From: the human T2T-CHM13v2.0 reference genome, Homo sapiens
Assembly (NCBI RefSeq): GCF_009914755.1
Contig: NC_060935.1
Reading direction: 5' to 3' (one strand)
DNA: 64,000 nt
Shown piece after piece: positions 1 to 13,447 of this stretch. The notes below the pieces were generated by a model. It did not search any database and was not told the DNA's origin. It saw only the letters and a list, made by a program, of their open reading frames with translations. Positions within the stretch are counted from its first letter, which is position 1, and each line of letters begins with the position of its first letter. The translations under genes were made by a program, and so were the position numbers.

Positions 1-392
1 TATTCAAGGAGTGCATCATAGAACCATGAGTATATAGAGTACAAGATGAGGTTAGAGACATAGGTTCTTGATGTTCTCTGTTAAAGTCCTATGACCATGG
101 TAAGGCATCACCCCTGCATTAATATTGTGAGTATTTAATGGAATAAAATTCATGGAACACTAAGCACACTGCCCGATAATGGTAAGCACTCAACAAATAA
201 ATATTATTATCATCATTACTATAGCTTCAACTGATCTTTTTAGATACACACTGTACTTTGACCCTATGTCCCACACATCACACAAAACTAGAAAAGGTCA
301 GCATAGAATAAGGGGCAGAGACAGACAGAGGGGCAGACAATAGCTGCTGTGGACATAATTTGGTAATTTTTTAAATGTGATTTTACATTTTT

Positions 393-668
393 TAAATTTT
401 TTTGGAGACAACTTCTCACTGTCACCCAAGCTGCCATTCAGTAGTGTGATCATAGCTCATTGCAGCCTTGACCACATGGGCTCAAGTGATCCTCTCACCC
501 AGCCTCCTGAATATCCAGGACCACAGGTGCATGCCACTGTGCCCAGCTAATTCTTCAGTATTTTTGTAGAGACAAGATCTCACTATGTTGCCCAAGCTGG
601 TCTCAAACTCCCGGGCTCAAGCGATCCTCCCATCTCAACCTCCCAAAGTGCTGAGATTACAGGCGTGA
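393..668 (-). mobile_element. AluJ-type SINE, slightly 5'-truncated
   Basis: Diverged Alu dimer; TSD gtgattttacattttt at 377-392 and 665-680. Confidence 0.88.
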
Positions 669-3111
669 TTTTACATTTTTAAATACAAAAATGACAATGT
701 AAAATGTTTTTTCTGAGAGCCCCTACTTCATTCATGTGTTTAAAGTATATGGAATATATGCTGAATAAATTAGTAAGTGCTCATTTGATAATAAATGCTG
801 TCTGAATTAATGAATGAATGTGAGAGGTAACTGAATGAGTGAATAAACAAGAACCTGGTAAGATCGCATTTGTTTTTAAGATTTCTGAAAGAGAACATCT
901 TTTATAAGTATATTACCCCTACAGTATAACCCTGAAATGTCATATGCCCAAAAATGTTGGAAATATTTCCCATAAAAAGCATAAGAGCACTAAACACGAA
1001 CCATGACAAAAGGTATTATCTAGAGACTTTGCCAAAGATTGTGGCTAGAGGTAATTGAAAGTATCAGGATAACTGGTAAGAAGGTGTTAGCTAAAGGCAC
1101 CAAAATCTATTGATCGTATGCTATAGTCCAAATACTGTGCTAGGCATTACTATACTTTTAATCTTCATAATCCTATGAATTGTAAACCTCATTTTATACA
1201 GAACAAACTGATCCTCAGAGAGGCGAATTTATCCAGTGATGCCCAAGATAACAAGAAGAGTTTGCCAGACTGCAAATCTCCTCTTTTCCCAGAATGCAGA
1301 GAGTTAAAGAACCTGAAGGAATATTTTGTTTTACAAGAAAGAAGTGAAGCAGAACAAGGAAGTCATGAGTAATAGTAAACACAATGTCTTCCATTCACTG
1401 TTCACATTTTATTACATATTTACTCTTGAGTGAGAGATTAGTGAGATAGATGTGATTTCAGAGATGGGAAGTGGAGACAAAAGTTATTTCCCCAAAGTCA
1501 AATTAGAACAAAAATCAGAATGCAGCATCTATTGAGTTGCAGGATCAGCCTCCAACCATTCTGTGCATGTATATATACAAATGGGCTGATAGGCATTTTT
1601 CAAGGAAAACAAGACAAGCACATTCACCAAATTATACAGAAGTCTAAAAGATAGGAAAACGGTTTGTTAAAATCTACTCACAATATCTTTCCCTTGCCTA
1701 AGAGACTCCCTGGTGGAATATGAGAAATGGTATGCACATTAACTTGGTCAGACCACAAGCACCATTTACTTCCTCAGTGCTTCTACATAGAGCAAGTTTG
1801 CTATTATCAAGCACTTGATTATCTAAAACACTGCCCACACCAGGATGTTCACACAATCTACAGCAGAGTGATAGTTAATACTCATAAGGACAACACTGAG
1901 GCACTGAAACACACAGGTGAACCTTTGGGATTATGAAGGACTGACTAACAAATTTAAAATCCTTTCACTCTTAAGTGCATTTCATAGAATTTCATCTGCT
2001 CTCTTACAAATCAGTACTGCATATGTGATAGCTCACTTAGAATGTTTGATTCACCAGAACGAATTTCTACCTTTTTAAGAAGGAAAATATCCACTGCACT
2101 CTCCAACACAACCTGAAATGTTTTGGTGGTCACTGCTACTCTAAAACCCGTAGACTGTCTTATATTCAAGGAGTGATGTATCAAGTCTGAGCCAAGAAAA
2201 CCATACAGTATACCAACTACTCATTGGAACCATAAAAAAAAATGCATGAATGATGTAGCTAAATATCCTTGGGCTTTTCAAGGATTAGTCCTAACTTTGA
2301 AAGCATGATGTAAATACTAATCAAGCAATTAATTAGAACTGAGTTTCTCAAAGACTAACTAGTTACCAGGTTACCTGATTCTGGTTTAGAAGAGGGGTAA
2401 ACAAATCAGCTACTCCGAGAGAGTGAAATGAATAGTGAAAGAATGCTCTAGATATATTCTAAATAGTCTTAATTTCAGATCGGTGTTCAAACAGAAAGGC
2501 TAGAAATGTCTTTGGATTATTGCAGCTTTCCCCGTTTGGACATTCACTCATTATTCCTGAAGACATAACCCTCCACTCCAGCGGATTGTCCCCAAACACC
2601 TCAAGCTCAATCTGACATATAGGCCTTCTAATGCATAAACAATACTATCATTGCTTTATACCTCTGCATGTCATACTCATCTTCCCAATTTGATCTACAT
2701 ACTCATTATCTCCAACCTCAAGTGGGCCCTCAAAAAACACCCAATAACACTTCTTCCTATTCCTAGGCAGTTCTCTTCCCCAATCTTTAAACAAGCAATT
2801 TCTAACTCTACACTTTTTTCAAGGACACTATCCCTCCCTGTGCCACTATTGTGTCCACTAATGATTATTGTAAGATAGATATATGGATATGCTGGTTTGT
2901 AGAATTGTATTTAATAGAATGTTTGGTAATACAGGATTTCTTACATACTAAAATAATAATGAACAACACAGCATGATAGATTTACTGTCCCTCTAGCTTA
3001 CAGATACACATTTCTTTAGGAGATAATATAGACACCCTTGTAAGTGGCAGCACATCAGCAACCCCAAATAACTGTTGTGTCTACAGGCATTTTAAGATAA
3101 TCATACTATCC

Positions 3112-3410
3112 GGCCTGGTGTGGTGGCTCACGCCTGTAATCCCAGTACTTTGGGAGGCCAAGGCAGGCAGATCACCTGGGGTCAGGAGTTCGACACCAGG
3201 CCCAGCCAATATGGCGAAACCCCTAATAAACATACAAAAATTAGCCAGGCATGGTGGCATGCGCCTGTAATTCCAACTACCCAGGAGGCTGAGGCAGGAG
3301 AATCGCTGGAACCCGGTGGGCAGAGGCTGTGGTGAGCCAAGATTGTGCCACTGTACTCCAGCTTGGGCGACAGAGCAAGACTCCATCTCAAAAAAAAAAA
3401 AAAAAAAAAA
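3112..3410 (+). mobile_element. AluS-type SINE, full length
   Basis: Alu dimer with poly-A; TSD aagataatcatacta at 3094-3108 and 3409-3423. Confidence 0.95.
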
Positions 3411-4951
3411 GATAATCATACTACCCAAAGTGAGAGGCAATTTGCATAAAACCTACAGATTATTATGAAGTCCCAATAAAATGTCAGGTAGGAGAATGTT
3501 TAGAAAATCTTAACGCATTCTAAAAAATAATGTTATAACTATATTCCCGTTTATGTCTGAGAAAAAGCTGCAAACAGAACAGTCAGATAAAATAATCAAT
3601 TAAAAATCACAAAATCATTATAGCCAAAAGAGCAGTACCAAATACATCATAAACTACACAAGGACTTATTCAATCATTTATTCATTCTTTTAACAAACAT
3701 TTATTGAGTGCCTTTATAATTCAGATACTCTGCTAGGCATGCGCATACATAGATAAATAAGACAGGATTTCCATCTCAAAGAGGCAGAATAAACCAAAAT
3801 CAAGGTACAATACAATAAGTCCCATAATGGAGATGTGAGTGATAAGTTAGGATTCCATAGGGGAAAAAATGGAGTGACAGAAATCACGATATATATACAC
3901 GTGTGCGTGTGTACATAAAAACAGTCAGAAAAACCATCCTCTCCCAGTATTAAGTTGGAGGGTTCATGTATGAAGAAGCATAGACATAAAGCAACAAGGA
4001 ATGGAAGGATGTTTTAGAACATTCTGATTTTTGCCATTGGCCACAGTAGACTCACGCATAACAAATATTATACAGTGAAAGGAAAATGAGTCAAGTGGAC
4101 TTTATGGACTTACAATTAAGGTAACATCAGGACCTCCACACAGATAACTTCCTTTCATGATAGATTATTAGAGTTGTCTGCAAATACAAATTCTTCAAAT
4201 GTTGGATCACCATTTATTTACTTGGAGAACTAAATGAGAGACCCCCACCCAACTTCACCACTGAATGAACGGCTAAGGATGCAGAGATTAGGAAGCATTA
4301 ATGTTAGTGTCATATTTTGGTAAGGTTTGAGAGGTGGCCCTATATATCTGATATCTGAACCTCCTATTGTTTTCTTTCTAGAAAAAAAAAATTCTGGCAT
4401 TCAGATCTGTTTTTTCTCCCTTTACCTTTTTAATTTTTCATTGGCATGTAAACAAATCACTCCTCCAAAATGAACCAGTAGATGGAGCATTTGAGAAATG
4501 TTGTGTCAATCTCACTCTGAAAAACACAAATGCTGGTGATAATGTCAAATTCACCCTCACAACCACCCTTCTTTTTTTCTACAATCCCCAACCTTTTCAA
4601 ATATCTGTTTCTCTGTTTTGGAAAAAGGGGTCACAAGATACTTATAGTAATGACATGCGAACTACTGAACATAAACATAAGCAGTTAACAAAACATCCTC
4701 GGGAAAAACGGGCAGAGTCCACAGATAATTAAAGCTACAAATGGTGAAACCTCAAATACCTTCTACCATACAACCAGTAAGATTATTTCGACCACAAAAG
4801 ATACAGCCATAGGATGTGGGGATAACAGCACCAATTCACCACCTTTATCCCTAACCCAGTAAAGGTAATAGTTGTCTGGGATACATTAATCCCAAAGGAA
4901 GCGACTTTCAGGATCATTCTTCCCAAAAATCAGCCCATAGAGCTCACTGCT

Positions 4952-5157
4952 CAGTAGTCCTCAAGGTCTGGAATTCAGTCACCTCTAGACATACCTTCAG
5001 CATGCTGAGCAATTACCTGGAGTTTTGTTCAAAATGTAGTTTGGGCCCCTCCCTGGAACTATCCAACCAGATCCTCTGAGGATGAGACCCAGGAATCTGC
5101 ATTCTAACAATTTTCCTCAGGTATGTCTTGTGTTCAATGAAGCTTGAGAGCTACTAG
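4952..5157. mobile_element. MER5-like hAT-Charlie DNA transposon relic
   Basis: Starts cagtagtcctcaa, contains ...cccaggaatctgcattctaaca..., ends ttgagagctactag, resembling the MER5A/B consensus. Confidence 0.6.
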
Positions 5158-5752
5158 ATTAAATGAAGAACTGTTTAATAAGCCTCAAATAAAGCCTGCT
5201 CTGGAAGTGATTTCTCACTATTTATAAGAATGTTTACTCTTTCTCATTTCCCTACAACAGCCCCAGCAAATTTCCCGCCTTCCAAGATATTTCCCACTGC
5301 CCTACCTCCTAAATGACTCTAGCCCTCAATGTTATGAGGTACTCTGAGCTAACAGCACATAATTCTAGATCTTCAGATCCTGTCCTGAAGTGATGTTTAA
5401 GGGCCATAATTATGTCATTTCCATCTCCTAGTAGTGCATTTTTGGCAACAGTAGCCTACTTGTTGACAAACATTTCTTCTCATTTGACAGAGAATTGGGC
5501 AGAAAATATAAGCAATCCAGACTGTAGAAGAGTCATTACATTTACCTAACTTCTTAAAATATTATATAAATGGACGACTCAAAGAGTCCAAGGAGGAGGA
5601 TACTGTTCCATCTGCTCTTTTTGTAAAACGACTTCCTTCCGAAGTTTTGCTTTAAATAGCAGGTGTAAGCAAAATTCAAACAGGTTCGCATACTTGAATA
5701 TGTCTATCACAGGCTGGATGAAAAATCTAAATATTTTGGTTGATGGAACTAA

Positions 5753-6140
<388 letters not shown>

Positions 6141-6594
6141 CTCCTAAGCATTTTATTGAACAACCATACTATGCTAAACACAAGTTAAACATAAGAATAT
6201 CAAGGACAGAGGCTTTAAATGTTAAATTAACCCACTGCCTCATGCATCGAACAAAGGGCCTGTGAAGAAAGCCTGCTCAATAGATAGCCCTTGCAAATAT
6301 TCTCCCGGCCTATGTGCCTACATGTGTGTGAAATCTCAAAAAAGAAAATTATACCTTCCTAGTAACTCATGATCAACAATGTATGTGTCAAATGACAGTG
6401 CATTTATTTTCCTATCATATTCAATAAAATATTTATGTTTTATTTTACTTAGAGCTCTGTATAATTAACGGCAACAGGACAAAAAGGTGAACAAAAAGAC
6501 TAATGATGACATAGATGGGAAAAATATATAATAGCACTCAAGTACTTCACCTATGCATCTTAGAGTCCTTAAAGGTAAATAAACTATACACTAA

Positions 6595-6765
6595 AAAGGA
6601 ATATATAATCAGGACTATATAATATATATAAAATATATTTTTAATATATTAAATATATAAATATATTTATAATATATACACATATATATTTATAATATAT
6701 AAATATATATATTTAATATATATAAAAAGGAGTATATAATATATAATACTATAATATATAGTCAG
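6595..6765. repeat. AT-rich (TA)n-like low-complexity tract
   Basis: Degenerate TATA/ATAT repeats, flanked by aaaaaggaatatataat / aaaaaggagtatataat. Confidence 0.8.
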
Positions 6766-7569
6766 AGTGTCTGACTTCTACTTACAAACCTAATAATCAC
6801 TGATGTCATTTCTCATTGACAAAATGTAACTTTAAAGTGAAAGTTCTACTCTTCAGAAGGCTGAGGCAGGAGCAAGACCCTATTTCAAAAAAAAAAAGAA
6901 AAAGAAAAAGACAAAAGAAAGCCTAGCAATTGAACCAATAGCCAAACAAGAAGGCAGCACCATAAAATATAAACAGCATTAGCTATGTAATTGTTGCATC
7001 TCACTATCAAGGCCTTTGAACACACATACAGATTAGTTTGAATGCAGTAGATGAAGAATGCTTGGAATTCTTAGGCAACTGAAATAAATAACTTCTCTTT
7101 CACCTACAATTTTTCTAATTTAAAATTAACTTGTCATGAAATATCTACATTCTACCAAATATATATGTCCTTGTATTTTTATAGAATTTATAAAGTAGTT
7201 TTCATATTGCCACACAGCAGTCAGTAATCTGATGGAAATGTTTGGATCTGCAATTTTTATATGTCTGTGTACACACATGAGTCATACCCAGGGGCCAAAA
7301 AGGGACTCCAGTTTTAATTTTTTTAATGGATTGTCTGGGCTATGCCGACAAAATACAGTGCTTCTTATTACTTTTTTTTTTTTTTTTTCGTACTTGACAT
7401 CTGTTAACCTATTCTATAAACTTTTCCAATTAGGTGACTAGCAAGTGAATTATTGAGAAAAAAAGAAAATGAAAAATTTAGATCACTTTGAGGCATTCAA
7501 ATTCAGTTAAAATTAATAGATCTCACCCTGAAACTATCATCTATTGAGTTTAGGAAGCTTTAAGAAGAA

Positions 7570-7750
7570 TATTCCTCCTTATACACAACAAACCTACAAG
7601 GTAGTTGTTATTCCTAATTCACAAAAGAGGAAACTAAGGCTCAGAGAAGATAAGAGTTAGCTTTCCCAGGGACTCATACTTAGTAAGGGGCTCAGCAGAG
7701 GATTACTCAAACCGAAATTTGTCAGACTCCAAAACTTTGTGCTTTCAACT
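7570..7750. mobile_element. MIR SINE fragment
   Basis: Core motif gaggaaactaaggctcagagaa followed by ...cagactccaaaac. Confidence 0.75.
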
Positions 7751-8655
7751 CTGTCATGTTGTTTCTAAATGATTGGGGATAAGGTAAAGAAAGGCAATAG
7801 ATTGCCATTAAATTCTGATTTCAGATTATAGTATCTATTTTCAACAAATGTGAAAACATTAAACAACTGAAATATACTTTATATAATTTTATAATGGTAA
7901 TGAATCTGTTTCTATAACTTTGTTAGCCAAATTAAGCCCCAAATTTAAAAAGCTTTAATTAAACTACCTAAATTTGTCCAATAGCCTACCTTACGAATAT
8001 ATTTTTTACATTTTTCATTGTCTACATGTTAGTTACACACATACTTTCTAAGGTTTTTTTTCAAGGTTTATACATGTCAGAGAGCTCATTTTATTTAATA
8101 TCAACAGAAGCTAAAGTATTTTATGCCTTTTCATTCTTTCCTTGACATGTATTAAGATAATTTCCTTCCCCAAAATAATAATTTATGCTTTTTTGTCACT
8201 TGAATCTAAGCTTCCACCTTCATTTTTTCCTCTTCACTAGTCTCTGTTTCTTGAACAACTCCACAGGTCAGTAGCTCTCCTCTCCTTATTTGCCACTCCT
8301 CCAATTCTGTTACTTTTTTTTCCTGACATTCTGCTCTCTAAAGCTTCTGAGGTCTTCAAAGCCACTTGCAATGTTCTCTGTCAAGAAACCTAGAGAAGCC
8401 TTGCCCTTATATGACTCTAGTGGTGTATCTTCACTGACAGGCTGACACCAGCAAACCCAAAATTGATGTCGCAGTGATAGGGTAACTAAGCAACTCTCAT
8501 TTAAGAATAAAATCCAAATAAATAAGTCGCTAAGTTCACCCTTGATGTGAAATCCCCAGCTGTTGCTTAATATGTATTCCCAACTATTATATTATTTTAA
8601 AATAAAGAATGTAATAAATGATTTATACATCTTCAATCAGGTCTTAAGGTCTTGA

Positions 8656-8874
<219 letters not shown>

Positions 8875-9175
8875 TGAACAAAACTACCCAAAGTGAATGA
8901 CAAATAAAACTTCCCCTAGATTTCGCCAAGACAATTGGAGTTCTTATGTTTTCCCTTTATATAGTTTCATTAAAATAAAGATAATGATTAAAGAAGTTCC
9001 ATGAAATCAAAGACTAGATATGTTTTGTTCAGCATTTGTCTTTCCAAATGCTCTGCACAATACCTGCCACATAGATACTACAATATTTTTTAAATAATTG
9101 GGTGGATTAAATAGCATTTTGGTGCCCCTATCTTAAAAAGTAAACTACTTTCCTCAAAAGTTTTAAAACTTATAA

Positions 9176-9496
<321 letters not shown>

Positions 9497-10669
9497 CATG
9501 TTTCCCTTTCATATGCCAATATGACAGTTTGTCCAAAGCCTGGGAAATCCCAGATATTTAAAGTAATGTGTCCAGAGATATGTAAGTTTCTCATTGTTCA
9601 AGGCAAAATTAGAATCAGGTCTCCCGAATTCTGGAATTTTTTTTCAATTTCACCAATACAACTTACTCTTATTAAATAGTATTAGAAATTATTATAACCT
9701 TTATACTCAACATCGGTGCATCTTAAAGTGACTATTAAGCATCAAAAACCTGAGTGTGGATATCCCATGGGTCAAATAACTAGTTTAATAAATAAATTTT
9801 CATTTTTCTATTTGCAAATCATTCTGAATAAAGAAGAAATCCCAAGTGACTGAGACATGCCACGATGAGACAACTGACAAAACAGGAGCTTCCATGGCAA
9901 GTACAGTTTCTCCTGAAGTATATTGTGATGGCATGCAAGAAAGCTCACAACATTCAAAACAACTAGAAATTCCCATCTAAAAAGGCTCTGGTAATGGCTA
10001 CTCTCAGTGGTTCAAAAACAAAAAAATGTCCAGCTTTCATGAGAGAATAGAGAGGACATAATCCATCTCCTGAAGAGTATTCAAAGAAGTTTCAAATCCT
10101 GACAATGTCAAAAAATGAATCTACTGGAACTTTTTGAGCTAGTGTTCTAACTTGCCAAATAAAATAAGGTAAGGACTGCCCAGAAATGAGTCACTGCTTT
10201 GAAATATAATCTCTCTCTTTTATTTGTGTCACTAAGTCTATTGATGATATGGTTAACCAAGGAGAATTTTTCTATACATGTGTTATGTTGAAAATGTTTA
10301 CAGTATATTCACCTGTATGTTCTCAGCGTCCACCTGACAGACCCTTTTCATAATAGAAAACAACTATGGCATGGAAAGTATATAGAGCTGTTGCATTTAT
10401 TTGATCATCACAATTATTTTTAAATTGCTTATTCTGAAAACCATTCTCTGGATACATTCTTTTCATCCAGCAAAAAGCCAGTCATTCAAATTTAACTTAT
10501 AAAAGTAACCATCAGAGACTATTTCCTTCCTCTTATTCTGGCAGAAAATACTGCATTTCTCAGTTTCTTTTATCTACTCCTCATGTAAGTTGTTGAAAAT
10601 AGTCTTAGCTTAAATTAGCATTATCAGAGGCATTGACATTACTTTTTAGAAATCTGTAAATTCTCTTAG

Positions 10670-10706
<37 letters not shown>

Positions 10707-11751
10707 CCAAGGTTATATCAACAATTCTCCCCAAACTAATCATTATCTTTAGCAAAATCATTTCATTAAATAAGAATCTGTTGTACTAAATAACTATTTT
10801 ATTGCACAAATGTTGCTTTAAGTACTGACACAAGCCTACAGACGCTCGGGGTCATTGGACTCCTGTTGTAAATAAATATTTTCAACAATTTGCAACATCA
10901 AATAGTTTATAAAATTACGCTGCCTGGGAAATATTGGCAGGGAAGAACAGCAAAGAGTAGCCAATCTATTCTGAGGATTGTTTTCTAGGTTAATGATGAA
11001 AGAAAAAGTGGCAGAAAGATATATCAAATACGAAAATACACAAGAATAGGAAGATGACTGTTTCTCAATATGTGTTCCTAAGAATTAAATTAGTTCAAAA
11101 TAAATAATGTAATAAGTGATTTATACATCTTCAATCAGGTCTCGTAAAAGAAAAAAATCATTCTCCATTAATACAAGTGCCACAAGAATATTTGTAGACC
11201 TGTCTGGTACCCGTACTCAGTCCCCTCAGGGTTCCACTCCTTCTTAGGTCCCCCCTACCATCATTTGCAGTAGTAATCTCAAAAGAGAGACTCAACAGTA
11301 ATCAAACAAGATCAGTGTTCAGATTCATTTCGGAAACTTTAAAAAAGTAAAAGTCCTAGGGGTGGGCAGGTGAAAGTGCTGTCAGGAGGAGCTAAAGCTC
11401 TTGTATCCAAGGTCAGGGTGAGCATAAAAGATGGGTGGAGGTTTGACGCTGAATCTTTTTCAAATTCTGTCTGCAACAGAGTGGATTTCTTTAAAACAGA
11501 GCTCTCCCAGACACGGTAAGATTGGATCAGAGGTCTGGCATTCCTGCAAGAGGTAAAAGCCAAGGGTAGCTGAAATGCCTGGGCAGGAATAAGGCAGTAC
11601 TCCTCTGGAAGGATGCCTACAACCAGGGGGAGTTTGTTGTACACCTGAAACTGCTGATACAGACATCCCAAGATGACCACAAGTTTGGAGAGGCATTTAT
11701 TCATTCCACAAATATTTAGGAAGGGCCTAATATAAAGAAGCCATCAAAAAA

Positions 11752-12021
11752 TGAGAGAGAAAGCACTAGAGAATCAATTGAAGAGAGAGTAAAGGATGAG
11801 GTGCAGGTGCAAGAAGTACAGAGCGGTTTAAATAGCTAATGTGAGAGAGAAAGCACTAGAGAATCCATTGAGGAGAGAGTAAAGGATGAGGTACAGGTGC
11901 AAGAAGTACAGAGAGGTTTAAATAGCTAATGTGAGAGAGAAAGCACTAGAGAATCCATTGAGGAGAGAGTAAAGGATGAGGTACAGGTGCAAGAAGTACA
12001 GAGCGGTTTAAATAGCTAATG
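11752..12021. repeat. Tandem repeat, 90-bp unit x3
   Basis: Copies start at 11752, 11842 and 11932; 1-4 substitutions between copies. Confidence 0.97.
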
Positions 12022-12161
12022 CATGCGAAGCTTAATACCTAGGTGATGAGTTAGTAGGTGCAGCAAACCACCATGGCACACGTTTGGTACCTATGTAACA
12101 AATCTGCACATCCTGCACATGTAACCCGGGACTTTAAATTAAATTTAATTTAAAAAAAAAG
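12010..12161 (+). mobile_element. L1PA 3' end fragment (older L1PA)
   Basis: aaatagctaatgcatg...cttaatacctaggtgatg...gcagcaaaccaccatggcacacg...ctgcacatcctgcacatgta plus A-rich tail. Confidence 0.88.
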
Positions 12162-12857
12162 AAATCCAGACACCAGGTTTACCCAGAGAAGAATAAATGC
12201 CTAGTGGATAAGAAAGAAAAAGAAAAAAAGCTACGGGGTGAGGACAACTCGAGATTAGAGATTACTTGAACAGAAGGCAACTCAGAAAAGTATCTGGCAA
12301 AAAGTATCTGAAGATGTGAGAAAAAGGATGCAACATAGAATGCAGATAGCCTGTGGAATTCAAAGATGTCAGAGAAGGTCACGCTAAGACCAAGAGAGTG
12401 TGGGAAATAAGGAGAGGAAGGGTTTCCTGGAAGGGGTTGGGGCTCCTTTGGGATGCTGGAGAACAGGATGAAAGACAGGGAAGCTGAACTGCAGAACACA
12501 GTGCCTGGGAAAGTTTAGGGGAAAGAAAACAGGTGGGTGTGAAGCAGCACTGGGGCTGTCCAGGGGGAACAGTGGTGAAGTAGGGTTCAAGGCTAGAGGT
12601 GGGCAGACAGGCCCCCGAATCAGGATACCCCAAAGGAGTGGAATCTTATTCCTTCCCAGTGCTGTAGTCCCCTCTTCCGCCCTAGCCTAGGGGATCCTCT
12701 GTCGCCGGAGCCACTGGAACCCTAGGCCGTGCAGGGTAAGGCCGGGCCGCCCCCCAGCGGTCGGGCTCTGCGCTCGCGCCCCGGCTCGCCCAGCGCCAAC
12801 TTTACAGATCCGCGTTCTCTCCCCCGAAGGCGGTCCCCCCTTCCGCCCCCCGCTCAC

Positions 12858-13160
12858 CGAGGGCGCCGTCAGGCGGCTGATGCTCTCGCCCAGCGAGTCC
12901 AGGTTGACCCGCCTCCGGCGCTGCACCCTCCTGGCCCCGGCAGTGGCAGCGGCGGCGGCGGCAGAAGCAGCCGGGGTCGGGGCCGGGGCGGCGGCAGCGG
13001 CAGCTGCGGCCGGGCTGGGCTCCAGCGGCCCGGGCGGGCTCCGGCTGCCATTCCAGCAGAGCCTAGACAGGGGGCACTCCCCCTCCTCCTCCGGGCTGGT
13101 CTCCAGGTAGTCGGAGCCCAGGGAGCTGAAGGACTCGGACGAAATCTTCCTTCGAGACAT
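12858..13160 (-). CDS. GUCY1A2: Coding part of exon 1 of guanylate cyclase soluble subunit alpha-2 (residues 1-101, MSRRKISSESF...RLTAPS); phase-0 intron follows
   Basis: The translation matches the human GUCY1A2 N-terminus as I recall it (poly-Ala tracts, RRRRVNLDSLGESISRLTAPS). The ATG is in context ggcAgcATG. A canonical donor TCG|GTGAGC follows 12858, giving exactly 303 nt. It lies in a CpG island. Confidence 0.96.
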
Positions 13161-13251
13161 GCTGCCGGCGGAGCTGCAGCGGCCGAGGCGGTGGCGGCGA
13201 GGACGCGAGCGGCGGCGGAGGCGGCGGTGGCGGGACCGGCAAGCGACAACG

Positions 13252-13341
13252 TTAAGCGCGTCGGGGCCGCGGGGCGCTGCGGTCGCGCCCGGCGGGGCGG
13301 GAGTCCCCGGGGCCGCGGAGCCCCCCGAGCCGGCTGCTCAT
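13252..13341 (-). other. Upstream ORF in GUCY1A2 leader, 29 aa (MSSRLGGLRGPGDSRPAGRDRSAPRPRRA*)
   Basis: ATG in context cccGccATGA; TAA at 13254-13252; ends 91 nt before the main ATG and is out of frame with it. Confidence 0.7.
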
Positions 13342-13447
13342 GGCGGGAACTTGGGGCGCCGCCGCACCTTGGGGCCCGGGCTCGGCGGCGGCGCCGGGCT
13401 GGGCTGGGGGCCGCCGCCGCCTCTGCTGCTGCTCGCGCGGCGCCGCC

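Noticed and set aside
1-2175. 13-bp match tattcaaggagtg at 1-13 and 2163-2175
   Set aside because: Matches of this length are expected by chance in 64 kb of AT-rich DNA.
11752-12021. CRISPR-like array or coding repeat (90 is a multiple of 3)
   Set aside because: Units are head-to-tail with no unique spacers, the context is eukaryotic, and the ATG-initiated frame stops after 13 codons.
11339-12633. Minus-strand ORFs of 68-121 aa in proximal intron 1
   Set aside because: No similarity to anything I recognise, composition reflects purine/pyrimidine skew, and no convincing exon structure.
12687-12857. C-terminal 56 aa of the 157-aa ORF as true GUCY1A2 coding sequence
   Set aside because: Lies beyond the GT donor at 12857; the known protein continues PQTIQQ in the next exon, not VSGGRK.
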